Shown here: positions 40,887 to 50,482 of the stretch, piece after piece
Layout: each line of letters opens with the position of its first letter
How positions within the stretch are numbered: the first letter of the stretch is position 1
NCBI GenBank assembly: GCA_964409875.1
Contig: CAYPEN010000002.1
Span: forward strand, 65,067 to 129,066
Length of the DNA stretch: 64,000 bases
Direction of reading: 5' to 3'
DNA from: an uncultured Gammaproteobacteria bacterium
Lineage (GTDB): Bacteria; Patescibacteriota; Microgenomatia; Levybacterales; GWA1-39-11
The notes under the pieces: generated by a model
What the model saw: the letters and a program-made list of their open reading frames with translations, nothing else
Told to the model about the DNA's origin: nothing
Database searches by the model: none
Position numbers and translations under genes: made by a program

Positions 40887-42203
40887 TTAGGCAGCTTTTG
40901 GAGGAAGGGATTTTACTACATCCAAAACGGCAAAATAAGCCGGTTTTGGGTTTAAATCGTCATCGTACATGGTGGGATCCGCATTAGGTGAATAAGAGGG
41001 AGTTCTTTTATCAGTTTCGTCGGAAGAGTATTTATCACCTATGGTAAAGAATGTTATACTTTTGCAGACACCGGAGTCGAGAGCTGCTTTACAAATACTT
41101 CTATAAATTTCTGCTTGTTTAGCAAACCTCTCCTCTTGAGATCCAACCACATCTTTTAAATTAACACTCATTTCTGTGATTTCAACCGGTACACCATAAT
41201 TCCTCATCTGGGCAGCTACATTTTCACTTTTTAAAGGTTTTGCTCCATCAATCCTCATCTGCATACCAATTCTGTCAATTAGTCCCTTAGCTTTAAGCCT
41301 ATCAACTATGGATTTTGTCAATGGCGTATTTGGGCCCCCAGGGGTCTCATTACCATAGTCATCATAACTGAGTATCAATGGCGTATCCCAATCTTTTGAA
41401 GCATCCCTAGCAGCCTGAAAAGCAATATCAACATATTCGTTTCCTATCACATCAAGAAATACATCTTTTGGTGCAATCGCTGGGTGTGCATGCGCCTCAT
41501 TCACTATTGACCATCTATTGATTTTCCCCTTAAAGTGTGTAACTGTATCGGTTACATGGTTTTTTAATATATCTATTAATTCTTCTCTCGAGAAATTGCC
41601 ATTTTTAAGCCAGTCTGGATAAGTATCTACATATATAAGTGAATGTCCTTCGGGCGAAACCTTTCTCGATAGTAATACGTCAACCATTTTGTCCATATTT
41701 GAATAATCTACGGCCCCTCTTCTTTTCTCCAAATTTTTCCAGCTCAAATCATATGCCAAAGAAGCGGAATTAAACTCAAGAGTCTTAAGATCTTTAAATC
41801 TTGGCTGTGTGGCGATGTTTTCAGTGCTTATGCTTGTGCCAATCTCGATACCCGCCCTATCTGCTGCTAGCCTTAATTCTCCAAATGGAGGAATAACTTC
41901 AGGGGTTTTTGTTGCTTCTGGAGTCGCGGTTGGACTGGCGGTTGGGTCGGTATCAGGTGTAACTGTCGGATCATTATCGGGTGTTGGTGTCCCATTCCCA
42001 CCGGAAAGATGCTGTGTATCCGGATTCGGGTTTGCACCCTCTCCGTCACTCGAAATCATCGGAATGGCAATTCCTCCTACCGCGGCAAGACCTGCAGCTG
42101 CGCCGACACCGGCAGCAATTTTCAAAAATCCCCTTCTGCTAACCGGTCTTTTAGGTAATTCTCCTGGAAGCTTACCCGGAACTGGTGGATGTTCAAGAGT
42201 CAT
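40887..42203 (-). CDS. GH10 family glycoside hydrolase with a twin-arginine-like signal
   Basis: SRRGFLK, GHSL, WSIVNE (acid/base), ITEM (nucleophile) and PKPAY motifs. Confidence 0.88.
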   Translation of the reverse strand: MTLEHPPVPGKLPGELPKRPVSRRGFLKIAAGVGAAAGLAAVGGIAIPMISSDGEGANPNPDTQHLSGGNGTPTPDNDPTVTPDTDPTASPTATPEATKTPEVIPPFGELRLAADRAGIEIGTSISTENIATQPRFKDLKTLEFNSASLAYDLSWKNLEKRRGAVDYSNMDKMVDVLLSRKVSPEGHSLIYVDTYPDWLKNGNFSREELIDILKNHVTDTVTHFKGKINRWSIVNEAHAHPAIAPKDVFLDVIGNEYVDIAFQAARDASKDWDTPLILSYDDYGNETPGGPNTPLTKSIVDRLKAKGLIDRIGMQMRIDGAKPLKSENVAAQMRNYGVPVEITEMSVNLKDVVGSQEERFAKQAEIYRSICKAALDSGVCKSITFFTIGDKYSSDETDKRTPSYSPNADPTMYDDDLNPKPAYFAVLDVVKSLPPKAA

Positions 42204-42290
42204 ATTGTATGATTAAAACTCATAATTACTATGAGCCTTAAATTCATTTTATCACTTATTTTCTACCAGTCAATATAAAAAACAATTTTC

Positions 42291-43268
42291 TTACGAAAGA
42301 AGAGTTATCCATACAGTCATTGCAGTAGATAATTTCCGCCAATACCCTCTTTTTTTACCTAATTCTTTCGCAATTTCTAAATAACACCCTTCAATAGTAT
42401 TGGAGGTTAAGCGTATATCTTCAACTTCTCTCCACAACCATTCATTGACCGGTATACCGGTCTTCTCTTTCTCTATATTTACATCTGTATTTGATGCCCT
42501 ACTGTGCTTTACGGATGGAGCACCGGAAGTAATTGCATAACCCAAATGGTCGCAAATTTTCTTGATAAATAATCCTGCCCAGATGTCATCAAATCGGTCA
42601 TAAGGCCATTTATTTTCGTTCTTATCCTTACCCATCAGCAAAAAATACATTGCAGGCAAAATTTCCCGTCTGAAAGCCAAATTCATAGAACACATCGGAA
42701 AGTACTTCCCATACGGCACTTTTTCTACCTTTTTGAACGGTTTTGTCCTCAACTCCGGGTATTTTTTTTGTGTAATTCCATCAAGATCGGGAATATTTGA
42801 CCAAAGACCGTGATGGACCATGGTCGGCTGCCTTTTATCCCTAAACTCATATGGATATCCCCGTGGATAGATTTGATTTTCAAGCGTGTTCCACCAATAA
42901 TCACTCTGCCATTCTTTTTTTAAGCTCGTGAGAATATCTTTCATAAAACCGTTTTTGTATTGTTTCTCAGGCAAACAATCATCATCTAACGTCAGTATGT
43001 ACGTGCTCCCTTTTTGCCAAGCTTTTATGAAACCATACGATCTTACGGCTGCCGACCTGCGAGGTATAATCCAAGAATTTTTTCCTAGCTCACTTTCTAT
43101 ATCTTCCCAACTGTAATGCTGTATCCATTGAGGTAGTTTGAAGCTTTTTTGGGGGTTATCTTCAACTACAATAATTTCAAGTCCGGAAAACTCCTTTTCC
43201 CAAGCTGTTAAGAACGAATTAATTGATTGCTCACGGATGGTAGGTACAATAATTGCAATATCTTTCAT
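42291..43268 (-). CDS. Reversibly glycosylated polypeptide (RGP, GT75) / UDP-arabinopyranose mutase-like protein
   Basis: TLDDDC, RGYPY, HGLW.NIPD.D, FPMC.MNLAF.RE, RFDDIWAG and KICDHLG match recalled plant RGP signatures. Confidence 0.82.
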   Translation of the reverse strand: MKDIAIIVPTIREQSINSFLTAWEKEFSGLEIIVVEDNPQKSFKLPQWIQHYSWEDIESELGKNSWIIPRRSAAVRSYGFIKAWQKGSTYILTLDDDCLPEKQYKNGFMKDILTSLKKEWQSDYWWNTLENQIYPRGYPYEFRDKRQPTMVHHGLWSNIPDLDGITQKKYPELRTKPFKKVEKVPYGKYFPMCSMNLAFRREILPAMYFLLMGKDKNENKWPYDRFDDIWAGLFIKKICDHLGYAITSGAPSVKHSRASNTDVNIEKEKTGIPVNEWLWREVEDIRLTSNTIEGCYLEIAKELGKKRGYWRKLSTAMTVWITLLS

Positions 43269-43357
43269 TTAGTTTCCTATCTTACTCAATTTTTGCTTGG
43301 TTTAAAAGCTTCTTTTTGAATTTGTCAAAAGTCTGCAGACGATGGTACACTTCACAC

Positions 43358-43939
43358 ATGCCAAGACTTATTGCCATTATTCTATTCATCGTCTTACTTC
43401 CCCTTTTTCCATTAATGTTTGTGCTAATAACAATTACCTCTGATGGTCCTTTTATTTTCAAACAAAAAAGAATGGGGAAAGGAAAAAAGGTATTCACAAT
43501 TTATAAACTGCGAACGATGGTGAAAGATGCTGAAAAACTAAAATCTAAATACTTACATCTGAATGAGACTGATGGTCCAGTCTTTAAAATCCGTAACGAT
43601 CCCAGATATACAAGTATTGGGAGATTTCTTGCAAGAACAGCACTTGATGAACTGCCCCAGCTCATAAATATAATTAAGGGCGAAATGGCTTTTGTGGGGC
43701 CTCGCCCCCTTCCTGTTGAAGAAGCAAGAAATGTACCTAAAAAATATGACGCCCGTTTTTCTATCCTCCCCGGGCTTACATCAACTTGGGTTATAAAAGG
43801 GTCTCACCAGCTCAAATTTGAACAATGGATGGAACTTGATTTGAAATACGTAAAGAATAAGACTTTATGGGGTGACTTTGAAATTATTCTTAAAACTTTT
43901 TTTCTCATATTTAAATCTTTAATAAATATAAGAAGGTAG
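43358..43939 (+). CDS. Polyprenyl-phosphate sugar-1-phosphate transferase (priming sugar transferase)
   Basis: FKQKRMG, YKLRTM, DPR, LDELPQL.N..KGEM.FVGPRP motifs; likely start is MPRL at 43358. Confidence 0.92.
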   Translation: MPRLIAIILFIVLLPLFPLMFVLITITSDGPFIFKQKRMGKGKKVFTIYKLRTMVKDAEKLKSKYLHLNETDGPVFKIRNDPRYTSIGRFLARTALDELPQLINIIKGEMAFVGPRPLPVEEARNVPKKYDARFSILPGLTSTWVIKGSHQLKFEQWMELDLKYVKNKTLWGDFEIILKTFFLIFKSLINIRR

Positions 43940-43974
43940 CCCAAAAAACGTTTCCGAATATGCTACCATAAATC

Positions 43975-45153
43975 ATGATCCGGTTGCTGCCTTATTTCCT
44001 CTTTTTCCTACTAGCGCTTGAGGGACTCGGAATTCCTAACGGCCGGGAACTGGCATATGCAATTCTCGTACTGGGTTCTCCAATATTTTTTATCCACACT
44101 TTTTTTCAAAAAAAAGCATTTAAAATACCCAGAACGATAACAATACTTTTCATATTATTAATTGTTTCTGCTTTTATATCTTCATTTATGGGTTTAAAAC
44201 CGCAAAATTCTCTTCAATATTCTTTTCTGTTACTGTCAATCTTTTTCCTTTTTCTCGTTGCATATAACAATCAAAAAGAACTCACAAAACCAATCATAGT
44301 AGTAATTTTTCTTTCCTCTGCGCTCTTTACTCTTTATTCAGCTCTTCTTTCCTTTCATATTAATTTCCCCCTGCCTGCAAATGGTTACCAGTTCGTATTT
44401 TCGAAATTCGGCTCGCACAACCACCTCGGCGACTTTCTGGTTCTTCCTTCAATAATTTGCCTATATTACTTATATAACCGCAAGTATGTATTACTAGCTA
44501 TTAGCTATCAGTTATTTGCTATTATTTTCATTTTTTTCTCCTACTCCCGATCTGCATACCTTTCATTAGCATTAACAACAATTTTGCTGCATTTAATGTA
44601 TTTAAAATCTAAAAACTCTTTACACACCATACTTCTATCAAGGCTTTTAATGCTCATATTAGTTCTTTCATCAGCTTTTTTTATTGTCGCAACAACCCGC
44701 CAGGCAATAACCCAACCCTTATCAAAAGAAGTAAATGAAACGCTCGTTAAAAAAGGAGGTTTAAAGCATAAAGAATTATTGGGCAATAGGCTTGAGTATA
44801 TAAGGCAATCTCTCCTCTCAGTACAAAAAAACTCAATTTTTGGCATTGGTCCTAACAATTTTTTGTTAGTTTCCAAAACGTATGCACCCAAAAAATCTTT
44901 AATTACTGAAGCTACTCACAACATTTTTCTTGAAATACTCGTAGGACAGGGAATTTTAGGGCTTTTGCCTTTTATCACTATTAACATCCTTATATTGATA
45001 AAATCCAAAAAAAATGCCCTTTATTTCGGGTTGGTGGCATTGCTTATCAATTTCCAAACAGATTATACGTACCAAATTTATTCGTTTCTTCTTCTATTTT
45101 TTGTCCTAAGTGGCGTGATTTTAGAACAACCTAACCATAATCCTAACTCGTGA
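43975..45153 (+). CDS. O-antigen ligase family protein
   Basis: SYSRSA, FGIGPNNF and THNIFLEIL..QGILG motifs. Confidence 0.85.
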   Translation: MIRLLPYFLFFLLALEGLGIPNGRELAYAILVLGSPIFFIHTFFQKKAFKIPRTITILFILLIVSAFISSFMGLKPQNSLQYSFLLLSIFFLFLVAYNNQKELTKPIIVVIFLSSALFTLYSALLSFHINFPLPANGYQFVFSKFGSHNHLGDFLVLPSIICLYYLYNRKYVLLAISYQLFAIIFIFFSYSRSAYLSLALTTILLHLMYLKSKNSLHTILLSRLLMLILVLSSAFFIVATTRQAITQPLSKEVNETLVKKGGLKHKELLGNRLEYIRQSLLSVQKNSIFGIGPNNFLLVSKTYAPKKSLITEATHNIFLEILVGQGILGLLPFITINILILIKSKKNALYFGLVALLINFQTDYTYQIYSFLLLFFVLSGVILEQPNHNPNS

Positions 45154-45182
45154 ATCTTTATTTGCTATGGTAGAATAGCTGC

Positions 45183-45470
45183 ATGATGACCAAAAATTCT
45201 CCTAAAATTAAAATTATTAAAGGTTTTGTTACTCAAAGAAATGGAAAAACCGTTACTATCTTTGATGCAGAGAAGTCAATGCTCTACACTTTTAATCCGT
45301 CGGCAACTTTTATTTTCGAAAGGTTGAAAAAGGGACTGGATGCCAATAAAATTGCTTCTTTAATGATGAAAGAATTCAACATACAAGAGAAGAAAGCAAT
45401 TGATGACATCAACGATTTCATTAATACTCTGCTCGCAAAAGGACTCGCAAAAAAGGAAAAGATTGCATAA
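45183..45470 (+). CDS. PqqD family RiPP recognition element (RRE)
   Basis: 95 aa with the PqqD pattern YTFNPSATFIFERL...IA..M..EFNI....A..DINDFINTLLAKGL. Confidence 0.88.
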   Translation: MMTKNSPKIKIIKGFVTQRNGKTVTIFDAEKSMLYTFNPSATFIFERLKKGLDANKIASLMMKEFNIQEKKAIDDINDFINTLLAKGLAKKEKIA

Positions 45471-46683
45471 TAAACCTTTTTGTCTTTCTATTAATAACCC
45501 AAAGTAATGAGTACAAAATTGTACCATTAAGAAACACAAATATTTTAATCCACAATGGGTTTGGAGAAAGAGAAAATAGCACTCTAAAAAAATTACCCTC
45601 TCCTAGAATTTCTTTTTCATCAAAAATATTTGTTTTGCCAAACTTTCTTTCTACTAAATTCGCATTGCTTATTTTTCTAAGACCCTTATAAAACGGGCTT
45701 TTAATACGCTTTCTATCGTAATACTTTACATAAAGAAACAAAGCGGAATAGATGAAATTCCATAATTTATACTCCTTAATAGTGTTTAAAATTTGATAGT
45801 AATTTATTTTTTTCTTAAAGACTTCTCTCATAAATTGATATCGATACCCACCCTCAAAATTGTGATGGTAAATATGAAGAAGCAGATAGATGATTAAATT
45901 TTCAATCTTTAAAACAGGAAATTTTACCCTTTCAATCTCAATATATTCCTTTTCATATATAAACTTTTGAGATAACTTGTCTACAAGTTGTTGGGGATAC
46001 AATTTTTCCACTTTACCAATACTGGTCATTAAAAAAACTATTTCAAGATGGATATCAAATGTGACAATCAGTCCGTTGACGTTTTTGTAGAACGAAATTT
46101 CAGCCTTATCAAGCATTGTTTTTCCCGTTAGAGAAGTCGGTGTAACCATTTTGTAGCTATTATCAAAAAGGAGTTTCTTAACCTTTTTGAACTGTTTCTT
46201 ATGAATAAGAATATCGCAATCTGCATAAATTCGACTTGGATACTTTCCTTCGTATAAAAGATGCAAAGGTAGACCTTTCAGAATAACAAAGTCAATTTTA
46301 TGCTCCATAAATAAGCCTGCAATCCTTCTTATCTCATCGAAATACAAACTGGACTGCATAAGATACAGGTCCTCAACTTTATACTTATGACTTCCTCGTT
46401 GGATAGAATCGACTAAACCGATTATCCTCTCTGGTCTTATTTTCCCATCAGATAAACGGTTATTATCCCCTTTTGTTATGAGATATTTATTCGTTTTGTA
46501 CAACACCCTATGAGTAATCAAATGGCTATTTTTTTTAAAACAAACAATATCGTTAGTTTTAATTCTGTTAAAGCTAATTTTCTTAATATGAACTGTATCT
46601 TGGTCTCGAAGGATAGGGAACATAGAATTCCCAAAAGTTTTTATCTTTCCTCTCTTTACTACCTGGTTGACTAAATCTTGCAT
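45421..46683 (-). CDS. S26-type peptidase fused to a nucleotidyltransferase (NTP_transf_5-like)
   Basis: N-terminal GNSMFP...DIVCF...THRV...TKGDNN...D; C-terminal LKG...R..ADCDILI...DIH. Confidence 0.85.
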   Translation of the reverse strand: MQDLVNQVVKRGKIKTFGNSMFPILRDQDTVHIKKISFNRIKTNDIVCFKKNSHLITHRVLYKTNKYLITKGDNNRLSDGKIRPERIIGLVDSIQRGSHKYKVEDLYLMQSSLYFDEIRRIAGLFMEHKIDFVILKGLPLHLLYEGKYPSRIYADCDILIHKKQFKKVKKLLFDNSYKMVTPTSLTGKTMLDKAEISFYKNVNGLIVTFDIHLEIVFLMTSIGKVEKLYPQQLVDKLSQKFIYEKEYIEIERVKFPVLKIENLIIYLLLHIYHHNFEGGYRYQFMREVFKKKINYYQILNTIKEYKLWNFIYSALFLYVKYYDRKRIKSPFYKGLRKISNANLVERKFGKTNIFDEKEILGEGNFFRVLFSLSPNPLWIKIFVFLNGTILYSLLWVINRKTKRFIMQSFPFLRVLLRAEY

Positions 46684-46703
46684 CCGAGTTACTTAATAGT
46701 TAT

Positions 46704-48179
46704 TTAATATTGAAGTGATTTTAATTTTGCCTTTATATCATCGTTAAAATTTGAATCATTTTCTTCGAAGCCGTTATTTTGTTGCTCTGATATTATGAAG
46801 GGTGAAGGCAAATTATAAGGTGCTAGATGTTCATATAAAACTTGCTTTAACCTACCTGCAATTCGAGGAAGCTTATCTATCAAATTATTACTCTCATATT
46901 TATCTTTCTCAACGTTATATAACTCTTCATAATTATTCTCATGTATGCAAGACCCGGGAAGCGAATAGATATATTTATATTCGCCATCGCTTACGGAAAA
47001 CTTCGAAAGGTTGTTATTTTCTGAAAACGAATATTTCCTCCGGTTAGCTGGGAATGGATTAATAAATAAACTCCGGTTAAATAGGTAAGCAAAGCTCTGC
47101 CCGTCGAAAGCAGAATTATCTTTAATACTCATCAAATCGAGCAGTGTCGGAAGAATATCAGTGTTTTGCAACATAACATTTGAGGTCATTTTATGATCAG
47201 ATAATGGATCGTAGATTATAAGCGGAATCTTTATGGCAGAATCGTATAGAACAGTTCTGTGGTCAAAATAATAATTGTGGTCAAATCCTTCTCCATGATC
47301 CCCATAGATAACAACTATTGTGTTCTTTAAGACCCCGATTTTTTTAAGAGTATTTAATATTTCTCCTGTTATCCGGTCAGCCGAAGCAACTCCACCATCG
47401 TAGAGATTTTCCATAAGCCCAATCCTTTCTTTGGGCACCGTTCTATTTTGACATTTTTGATACTCACCACGTAATCGTTCCAGGTCTTCCAAGCTTTTTC
47501 CGCTGATTTGTGAGCAATATTTAGAGTTAAACTTACAACGTAAATCATCAGGAGGATAATAAGGTGCATGTACATCCATTAAATGAATCCAGGTAAAGAA
47601 TTTAGTATTATGGTTTTTTTCCAACCAGCCTGAAGCTTGTCTTATAAAAGACTCATAGTCTGCCCTACTACTTTGCCTGAATTGTTCATTCCCACTTTTA
47701 TCGAATTGAAAATACTTGAATATGTGAAAATGAAAATCATCAATCCCCTGGTCAAGAGGCTCACCTGTGATAAATGCAGCTGTCTTATATCCGGCTGTTT
47801 TTAACTCCGTTGCCAGTGTCTTAGTATTCCAACTTATACCAGAAAAGCTATTATTCAAAATTCTGGTCTTTAAAGGATCGTAACCTGTCATAAGAGAAAT
47901 AAATGAAGGGTGTGTCATGGGAACTGTAGTTGAAACGTTAGTGAATACTTTTGCGTTATTCGAAAAATTATCTATGTTTGGGGTTGTTTTTTTTTCGTAT
48001 CCATAGACCCCCATATGATCAGGTCTTAATGTGTCAATCGATATTATGACAAGATTGAGGTCTTTTGCCCGTTTGACAATATAAATCTGTCTTCCAAATT
48101 CGAAGGCGGTATAGGATAGAATCAGAATTATTATTACAAGAAAAAGTTTTTTTGATATTAATTTTTTTAATTTCTTCAT
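46704..48179 (-). CDS. Membrane-anchored sulfatase-like protein with Thr at the nucleophile position
   Basis: SIDTLRPDH, THPS, DVHAPY and GDHGE motifs; N-terminal TM. Confidence 0.85.
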   Translation of the reverse strand: MKKLKKLISKKLFLVIIILILSYTAFEFGRQIYIVKRAKDLNLVIISIDTLRPDHMGVYGYEKKTTPNIDNFSNNAKVFTNVSTTVPMTHPSFISLMTGYDPLKTRILNNSFSGISWNTKTLATELKTAGYKTAAFITGEPLDQGIDDFHFHIFKYFQFDKSGNEQFRQSSRADYESFIRQASGWLEKNHNTKFFTWIHLMDVHAPYYPPDDLRCKFNSKYCSQISGKSLEDLERLRGEYQKCQNRTVPKERIGLMENLYDGGVASADRITGEILNTLKKIGVLKNTIVVIYGDHGEGFDHNYYFDHRTVLYDSAIKIPLIIYDPLSDHKMTSNVMLQNTDILPTLLDLMSIKDNSAFDGQSFAYLFNRSLFINPFPANRRKYSFSENNNLSKFSVSDGEYKYIYSLPGSCIHENNYEELYNVEKDKYESNNLIDKLPRIAGRLKQVLYEHLAPYNLPSPFIISEQQNNGFEENDSNFNDDIKAKLKSLQY

Positions 48180-48652
48180 AATGACTTAATAATAAGGTAA
48201 TTAGCTGCTGCATTTTTCTCATAAAGGTTTGCAGTTTCTTTTATTGTCACATTGTCATTTTTTGTAAGTGACCCAAATGGGATATTATTCCCAAAATTGT
48301 CTATAACGCTTACTTCATGACTGTTATCGGGTGTCAGTAAAAACTGTTTCCTATTGCCATTTTTCTCGATTGTTATCCTTTTTGTTTTTGTATCCATATT
48401 TTCAGTAATATTAAAAATAGAACCTTCATAAACATTTATCAATGTAGATGTAGTCAAAGTACTTTTAGAGGAATAGAAAAAATTAAATAAGACAGACGAA
48501 CTGTAAGGAAGGTAAAATGTTTTGACCTCTCGAGGATTTTTCAACATAAAAGAATTGATATGTGGTTTTTCGTGGATAAAAATAAAAAATTCCAGAATAC
48601 AAAATGCAGTCAAAAAAAACGCAAGATAGGAGAGATTAATCTTATTTTTCAT
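48176..48652 (-). CDS. Membrane-anchored hypothetical protein (paralog of 51864 and 52453 ORFs)
   Basis: TM plus YEGSI and SLTKNDNVTIK motifs. Confidence 0.65.
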   Translation of the reverse strand: MKNKINLSYLAFFLTAFCILEFFIFIHEKPHINSFMLKNPREVKTFYLPYSSSVLFNFFYSSKSTLTTSTLINVYEGSIFNITENMDTKTKRITIEKNGNRKQFLLTPDNSHEVSVIDNFGNNIPFGSLTKNDNVTIKETANLYEKNAAANYLIIKSL

Positions 48653-49428
48653 TATCCTAGAGCTACCACTTCAAGAACAGTCTCGGAAAACCCATCTATA
48701 TCAAGATAGTTATTCAGTTTATCATCTACATAGCCTCCGATAGCACAGCATGCTATATTTTGTGAGGCGGATATTAAATAAATATTCTGCAGCATGCAAC
48801 CTGCCTCGGTAAGCACATGTCTATATCCCCTATTTCCATATTTCGTAGTATTTCTGATAAAAACGCCGGTTATAATTAATAATGCGGATGCTTTATATAC
48901 CCACTCCTGGCCTTTGAAAGATTCTACCACAACATCACTATTAAACTCCCCGACAAGCTCAAGCGAGTTATTCTTGACATAATAATGATAAAGGCCTTGA
49001 GGAATTTCCGAATTCATACTGATGAAATAGACCTCCAACGGATATCTTGCTCCTGCAGAGGGATAAAATCTTGCACCTGTTCGGTTATCTTTAATACCGG
49101 CAGAAAAATAAAGCAGATTGCTTATCCGTTCGGTTGTTAGTACTTGACTAAATTCCCTTCGGGATTCTCTTTTTTCCAAAAATTCAGAAAGAACTTTCTG
49201 TTCAAGTACGGGCTTTGGAAGTATAGTTTCGGGCAAACGAGCATAGCCTTTATAGAAAATCTTGATCCATTCAGTTGGCCATTCGCTTCTATTGATTTCT
49301 TTCTTATATTTTTTTATCTTTGTCAGGTTATGGAATTTTTCGAAAGGCTGCATCGGTTCTTTCAAAAGTTCATTCACATCGATATCGTCTTTTTTTAATA
49401 CCTTTGAGTCTGGACGTGTACTCACCAT
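48652..49428 (-). CDS. SagB/ThcOx family FMN-dependent dehydrogenase
   Basis: RESRREF, RFYPSAGARYPLEVY, GLYHY, KYGNRGYR and EAG...QN motifs. Confidence 0.93.
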   Translation of the reverse strand: MVSTRPDSKVLKKDDIDVNELLKEPMQPFEKFHNLTKIKKYKKEINRSEWPTEWIKIFYKGYARLPETILPKPVLEQKVLSEFLEKRESRREFSQVLTTERISNLLYFSAGIKDNRTGARFYPSAGARYPLEVYFISMNSEIPQGLYHYYVKNNSLELVGEFNSDVVVESFKGQEWVYKASALLIITGVFIRNTTKYGNRGYRHVLTEAGCMLQNIYLISASQNIACCAIGGYVDDKLNNYLDIDGFSETVLEVVALG

Positions 49429-49466
49429 GATGTTAAAATATAGCAGATTCCAAGGGATTGTAAAGA

Positions 49467-50261
49467 ATGGATGAATTTTATGTGTCTATTGCGGGTTTTT
49501 TAATCAGGTTGCTTTTTAAGAAAGATGATCGGAAAAATAACCAACAGGAAATTATTATCTACAAACTCCAAACTGAGATTCTCCATACTCTAGCAGGGTT
49601 TGTGTCTGTTGTTACTAGAAATCCTGACTTTACAATTACCATCTCAGAGACCAAGGATGTTGAACGCATCAAGAGGAAGTCGGATCAACATAATTTTATC
49701 TACCAGTATCACAGAATTGATGACAGAAGAGCTTGTGGAAATTACCAAATGAGCATCTGGCATTTTCAATCGATGCTTGCAGACATTTTATATTTTCTGC
49801 TTTCTGAAAACGATGGATTTGGCATACACTGTTCCTCGGTCTATTCTGGAAATAAAGCATATCTATTCTTGGGAAATTCTGGTGCCGGAAAATCTACTAT
49901 AGCAAATCTTCTGAATGGTTATTTCCAGCACTTTACGGACGACATCGCATTTGTTAGAAAGATTGATAAGAAGTATTATCTCTATCAATCACCCTTTCTT
50001 GAGAAGGAAAACAATATTAAATTTCCCTATGGATATGAGATCTCACAAGTCTTCTTCCTGCATAAAAGCAACACGACATGCATCAAAAGGTTAAAGCAAA
50101 ACAAGATTGTAACAAGATTGACAAGACAAGTGCTATCAGACGGTAACTTACCCAAAAATATCCGTAAGACAGTGGAACAATTCGCTTCGCAGGATGTTTT
50201 CAGTGAACTTTACTTTGAAAAAGACCCACAAAAATTGAATGATGTATTGAGGAGGATTTAG
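49467..50261 (+). CDS. HprK-related P-loop kinase (type found in PqqD/lasso clusters)
   Basis: IHCSSV, FLGNSGAGKST, TDD and SPF motifs. Confidence 0.78.
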   Translation: MDEFYVSIAGFLIRLLFKKDDRKNNQQEIIIYKLQTEILHTLAGFVSVVTRNPDFTITISETKDVERIKRKSDQHNFIYQYHRIDDRRACGNYQMSIWHFQSMLADILYFLLSENDGFGIHCSSVYSGNKAYLFLGNSGAGKSTIANLLNGYFQHFTDDIAFVRKIDKKYYLYQSPFLEKENNIKFPYGYEISQVFFLHKSNTTCIKRLKQNKIVTRLTRQVLSDGNLPKNIRKTVEQFASQDVFSELYFEKDPQKLNDVLRRI

Positions 50262-50271
50262 TTGAAATATT

Positions 50272-50469
50272 CTAATGGCACATTGCACCGCATGGTCCTG
50301 TAGGAAAGCACATAGCACCCGAGGTTCCAGAACAAGATCCGTAAGTAATAGCGTATACATTCGGGATGATTGAATTGTATGAGTCATTAAACCTGCCGTT
50401 TGCCATGAATTGATTGATTTTAATCTTCTTAATCTTTATTGAAGGTTTTATGTATTTTTTTGAACCCAT
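50272..50469 (-). CDS. Putative RiPP precursor peptide (65 aa)
   Basis: Basic leader with KKYIKPSI (YxxP); C-terminal GSCSGTSGAMCFPTGPCGAMCH; lies immediately downstream of YcaO and has its own promoter. Confidence 0.78.
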   Translation of the reverse strand: MGSKKYIKPSIKIKKIKINQFMANGRFNDSYNSIIPNVYAITYGSCSGTSGAMCFPTGPCGAMCH

Positions 50470-50482
50470 ATGTTGTTAAAGC

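Noticed and set aside
48951-48961. CGACAAGCTCA core resembling the radA/guaB element inside SagB
   Set aside because: It lacks the TT prefix and a flanking stem and there is no apparent protein insertion, so it is probably chance.
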